A DNA stretch of 29,990 bases from Elusimicrobiota bacterium. Its GTDB lineage: Bacteria; Elusimicrobiota; Elusimicrobia; Elusimicrobiales; UBA9959. Each line of letters opens with the position of its first letter. Position 1 is the stretch's first letter. This document shows positions 26,804 through 29,990 of this stretch, one piece after another. The translations under genes were made by a program, and so were the position numbers. The DNA lies in assembly GCA_037137395.1 (NCBI GenBank), contig JBAXKK010000024.1, positions 1 to 29,990 on the forward strand. The letters are read 5' to 3'. The notes under the pieces are model-generated. The model did no database searches. It saw only the letters and a program-made list of their open reading frames with translations, and was not told where the DNA came from.

Positions 26804-27924
26804 TGGAAATTATTCAGCCTCAGGTAAAATCGCGCCTGCTTTCAATCGATGTGTTCAGGGGGCTGACCATAGCCGGCATGATAATCGTTAACACGCCCGG
26901 CAACAACGAAGCCTACAGACAACTGGATCACGCCGAATGGAACGGGTGCACCATGACTGATCTGGTCTTCCCTTTTTTTCTTTTCATAGCCGGTGTTTCT
27001 CTTGTTTTTTCTCTTTCAAAGAGTTTAGAGAGCGGACGGACCGAGGGGCTGGCTGGTAAGATACTGCGCCGTACGGCTATAATCTTCGGCCTCGGGCTTT
27101 TCCTTAACGCTATCCCCAACTATCACCCGTCCACTATCCGGATACTCGGCGTATTGCAGCGCATCGCTATCTGCTACGGCGTGACTTCTCTGCTTTTTAT
27201 CAAAACGAACCTTAAGACTCAGATAGCGCTGGCGATCGCGGCGCTGGTCGGCTATTGGCTTATGATGACATATATTCCCGTGCCGGGCTTCGGCGCGGGC
27301 GTGTTGACTAAAGAGGGAAGCCTGGCTTCTTTTGTTGACAGAGTCGTGCTTGGGCCGCACACCTACCGGCAGGGGGTATATGATCCGGAAGGCGTGCTCA
27401 GCGCTATCCCCGCCCTGGCAACGGCTTTGCTGGGTGTTTTTACGGGGCTCTGGCTAAGAAGCCGGCGTGAAGATGTCGTAAAAATATACGGGATGGTGAT
27501 CGGCGGCGCAGCGCTCGCGGCGGCCGGTTGGCTTTGGGGACTATCGTTCCCGATAAATAAGGCGCTTTGGACCAGCTCATATGTCCTCTATACTGCGGGT
27601 CTGGCGTTGCTGGCGCTGGCGTTCTGTTATCGGCTTATCGAAGTTAAAGGAATAAAGCGCTGGGGCAGGCCTTTTGAGATCTATGGAGTGAATGCCATAG
27701 CCGCCTACATAACACCCATACTGCTTTTAAAATTTCTGGTCCTCTATAAGTTGCCCGTATCCGGAGCCGAACCCATTCAACTCCGGGTCTGGCTTTGCGA
27801 TCATATCTTCGGAACCTGGCTCTCCCCGCTGAACGCCTCAGCCGCCTTCGCGGTTTCCTACACGCTCCTGTGGCTTATCCCGTTCTGGGTTCTCTACAGG
27901 AAAAAAATATTCATAAAAATATAA
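26803..27924 (+). CDS. Heparan-alpha-glucosaminide N-acetyltransferase-like membrane protein (DUF5009)
   Basis: RLLSIDVFRG, HAEWNG..TDLVFPFFLF, GVLQRIA, DPEG, PINKALWTSS; TAATG overlap with atpC. Confidence 0.9.
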   Translation: MEIIQPQVKSRLLSIDVFRGLTIAGMIIVNTPGNNEAYRQLDHAEWNGCTMTDLVFPFFLFIAGVSLVFSLSKSLESGRTEGLAGKILRRTAIIFGLGLFLNAIPNYHPSTIRILGVLQRIAICYGVTSLLFIKTNLKTQIALAIAALVGYWLMMTYIPVPGFGAGVLTKEGSLASFVDRVVLGPHTYRQGVYDPEGVLSAIPALATALLGVFTGLWLRSRREDVVKIYGMVIGGAALAAAGWLWGLSFPINKALWTSSYVLYTAGLALLALAFCYRLIEVKGIKRWGRPFEIYGVNAIAAYITPILLLKFLVLYKLPVSGAEPIQLRVWLCDHIFGTWLSPLNASAAFAVSYTLLWLIPFWVLYRKKIFIKI

Positions 27925-27965
27925 ACATGCGCCACGGTGTGTTACGCGTGCGGATTTAAAAAACA

Positions 27966-28664
27966 TCATTTTATAGCTTTATGGATGGCGACGGCGCCGA
28001 AGGTTAGGGGGAAGGCTTCCACTTTTGAGAAGCCCGCCCGGGAAATTGCTTTTGAAAGTTCGTCGGGGGTGTGAAAAGCCGCTATGGTTTCCGACAGGAA
28101 ATTATATGCGGCTTTTGTTTTGGGAAAGAATGCGTTGACCAGACCGATCATAAGCTTTACATGCGCGTGAAACAACAGGCGTATAAAGCGGTTGCTGGGC
28201 TGGCTTGTTTCCAGGTGAACGAATACTCCTCCGGGCTTAAGGACGCGGCGGAATTCCCGGAAGTATTTTACAAGGTCGTTTCCGCCTTGGCAAAGGTTGC
28301 GGGTGGCGAAAGAAATTGTCAGCGCGTCAAAAGAATCGTCGGGAAAGGGGAGATGTGAGGCTTCGGTTTCCAGGAACTGCGATTCCGGGGCGAGGGTTCG
28401 GGCTTTCTCCAGCATGGAACGATTGAAATCGGCGCCGATAACGGAGATCCGTCCCCCGGAGAGGCGGAGGAGCTTAAGGGTCAGGGCGCCGGTGCCGCAG
28501 CAAACATCCAAAATAACCGCGGGTTTTGAAACCAGGGCTAATGCTGCCGCTTTGGTCCGCCAGTAAGCGGCAAGACCGAGGGTCATAAAGGAATTTACCG
28601 CTTCGTAATAATGAAAAATGCCGTCATAAAACCCTGAGACGGCGCTGGGGGTCTTATCCGGCAT
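27966..28664 (-). CDS. UbiE/MenG-family SAM-dependent methyltransferase
   Basis: ILDVCCGTG, LPFPDDSFD, SFATRN, RVLKPGG, AYNFLSETI. Confidence 0.88.
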   Translation of the reverse strand: MPDKTPSAVSGFYDGIFHYYEAVNSFMTLGLAAYWRTKAAALALVSKPAVILDVCCGTGALTLKLLRLSGGRISVIGADFNRSMLEKARTLAPESQFLETEASHLPFPDDSFDALTISFATRNLCQGGNDLVKYFREFRRVLKPGGVFVHLETSQPSNRFIRLLFHAHVKLMIGLVNAFFPKTKAAYNFLSETIAAFHTPDELSKAISRAGFSKVEAFPLTFGAVAIHKAIK

Positions 28665-28696
28665 TATCGGGGTCCGTGCGGTCCCAAGAAATAGAA

Positions 28697-28873
28697 CTAT
28701 TTCTTTTCTTCGGGCTTGTTGTCGGCTTCCGCGACGAATTTCTTTATCTCTTCAAAGTACTCTATTATAAGTCTGGCCTTTGAGAGCCCGAAGGAGAACG
28801 GATATTTATCGTTATCGTTCCGCTTAAGGATGATGACCGGCTGGCCTTTATATTCTGTTCTTTCCACTGCCAT
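28697..28873 (-). CDS. Small hypothetical protein (58 aa), below the ORF-track cutoff
   Basis: Hand translation MAVERTEYKGQPVIILKRNDNDKYPFSFGLSKARLIIEYFEEIKKFVAEADNKPEEKK*; SD GGGAGG. Confidence 0.8.
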   Translation of the reverse strand: MAVERTEYKGQPVIILKRNDNDKYPFSFGLSKARLIIEYFEEIKKFVAEADNKPEEKK

Positions 28874-29088
28874 AGTGCTTCCTCCCGGCGCCGCCCCCCC
28901 GGGGCAACGCGAATAGTAAAGTTATCATAACACAAAACCCCGGTTATTTCAACTATGTTTAACGGAGTCGCGTCCAGTGTGGGAAGTGTGTTCAAGGATA
29001 AAGCTATTAGGATGTATTGCCTTTGCCCCCAGCTTTTTCCTATAGTAGAGCATGTAGAGCATAAGGAATTTAATATAAATGGGGGCTT

Positions 29089-29595
29089 ATGGTAAAAAAG
29101 GATTTGGTGATTAATCTGTCCGTGGAAGCGCTTAAGACAGCGATAGTGCTCTTGACCCTGCTGTTCATAAGCAGATTTATAGAAAGCCTGCCTTTCTCCG
29201 GCCTTCCGGTTTTTAACAGTTTAATAACTGCCGCCGATGTGCTCGCTGCGTTTATTTCCGCGGCCGCGATAACGGTCTTTATTAAGGCCGGCCTGAACGC
29301 TAAAGTCGTGGTGGATGAACTATTGCACTGGCTGCCCGGGGCTGGCACCCTTCTGAATTATCTCACGGGTATCATCGCGCTGCTATTCGCGTATTCCGCG
29401 TTCCAAACGGTAGTGTTTCCCTTTATCAAAGAGTTGGAATGGGCGTATCAGGCGCTTTTTCTGGCCGGGACTCTTTTCCTGCTGGCTAAAGTGGGCATCC
29501 ATATTTACGGGGCCAGCGAAAGCGTCAGTCGATTTTTGATCTCCATTTTCCACCCGCATGAAGTCAAGGCCGGCCCCGGGATAGAAAACAAATAG
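29089..29595 (+). CDS. Hypothetical membrane protein (~4 TM)
   Basis: Hydrophobic 168-aa ORF, GGGGG SD-like motif. Confidence 0.75.
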   Translation: MVKKDLVINLSVEALKTAIVLLTLLFISRFIESLPFSGLPVFNSLITAADVLAAFISAAAITVFIKAGLNAKVVVDELLHWLPGAGTLLNYLTGIIALLFAYSAFQTVVFPFIKELEWAYQALFLAGTLFLLAKVGIHIYGASESVSRFLISIFHPHEVKAGPGIENK

Positions 29596-29650
29596 CTTGT
29601 TAAAAAGTTTCCGCCCGCGCGGACCACGTGGCGAAAAACATCGGAAAAGG

Positions 29651-29679
29651 TTGACAAGGGGTGTAATACCTGCAATAAT
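29651..29679 (+). promoter_or_regulatory. Possible sigma70 promoter for pilM
   Basis: TTGACA(29651-29656), 17 nt, AATAAT preceded by TGc. Confidence 0.45.
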
Positions 29680-29763
29680 ATGCATTAATGTAGTGAAGTT
29701 CTTGCCTTGGTCGGCGGTTCGGGGCGGGTGGAATATTTACGAACTTAGAGGTTTAACAATCTA

Positions 29764-29990
29764 ATGAATTTTAGCCTCACAAAATTAATGTTCCCTTCCA
29801 AAGAAATAATAGGCATAGATATTGGGAGCTATGCTATTAAAATCGTTTGTTTCGGAGAGGAAAAAAAGCAGATAAAGCTCAAGGATTGGGGCTATATTCC
29901 GCTAGCCATAAAACTGGATACGCCTGCCGAAGAAAAAAAAGCTATCATCGCCCAGGAAATCAAGGATTACCTTAAGAAAAAAGGTATACA
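29764..29990 (+). CDS. pilM: Type IV pilus assembly protein PilM, 5' part
   Basis: MNFSLTKLMFPSKEIIGIDIGSYAIKIV...: actin-like IGIDIGSxxIK N-terminus; truncated by the window edge. Confidence 0.75.
   Translation, partial: MNFSLTKLMFPSKEIIGIDIGSYAIKIVCFGEEKKQIKLKDWGYIPLAIKLDTPAEEKKAIIAQEIKDYLKKKGI

Noticed and set aside
28716..28995. Track ORFs 28765-28995 (-) and 28716-28916 (+)
   Set aside because: They overlap the better supported 58-aa ORF, which has a strong SD.

Overview
Bacterial chromosomal window; protein style tentatively suggests Elusimicrobiota, which I cannot verify. Left part (1-9.4 kb) is an accessory-looking methionine/SAM block: the 5' end of an IS transposase (minus strand), a sigma70 promoter, two tandem SAM-II-type pseudoknot aptamers before an uncharacterised AAA+ ATPase, and a third terminator-coupled SAM-II-type aptamer before metK. 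It continues with a structured spacer, a coupled MoxR-like ATPase / unknown ORF / HEXXH-peptidase-vWA triplet, an orphan ORF and a divergent metF. The rest is mostly housekeeping: tRNA-Cys with a duplicated 3' end, an aminotransferase, pckA, a SWIB protein, a G8-frameshifted membrane-TPR gene, an RpoN-box fragment, a triple-REC/GGDEF protein and a candidate ~160-nt ncRNA. It ends with an F1Fo ATP synthase operon interrupted by hldD, an HGSNAT-like acetyltransferase, a UbiE/MenG methyltransferase, a 58-aa protein and the start of pilM. The most notable item is the set of three SAM-II-like riboswitches that would put an unknown AAA+ ATPase under SAM control. All calls come from reading the sequence by eye; no searches were run.
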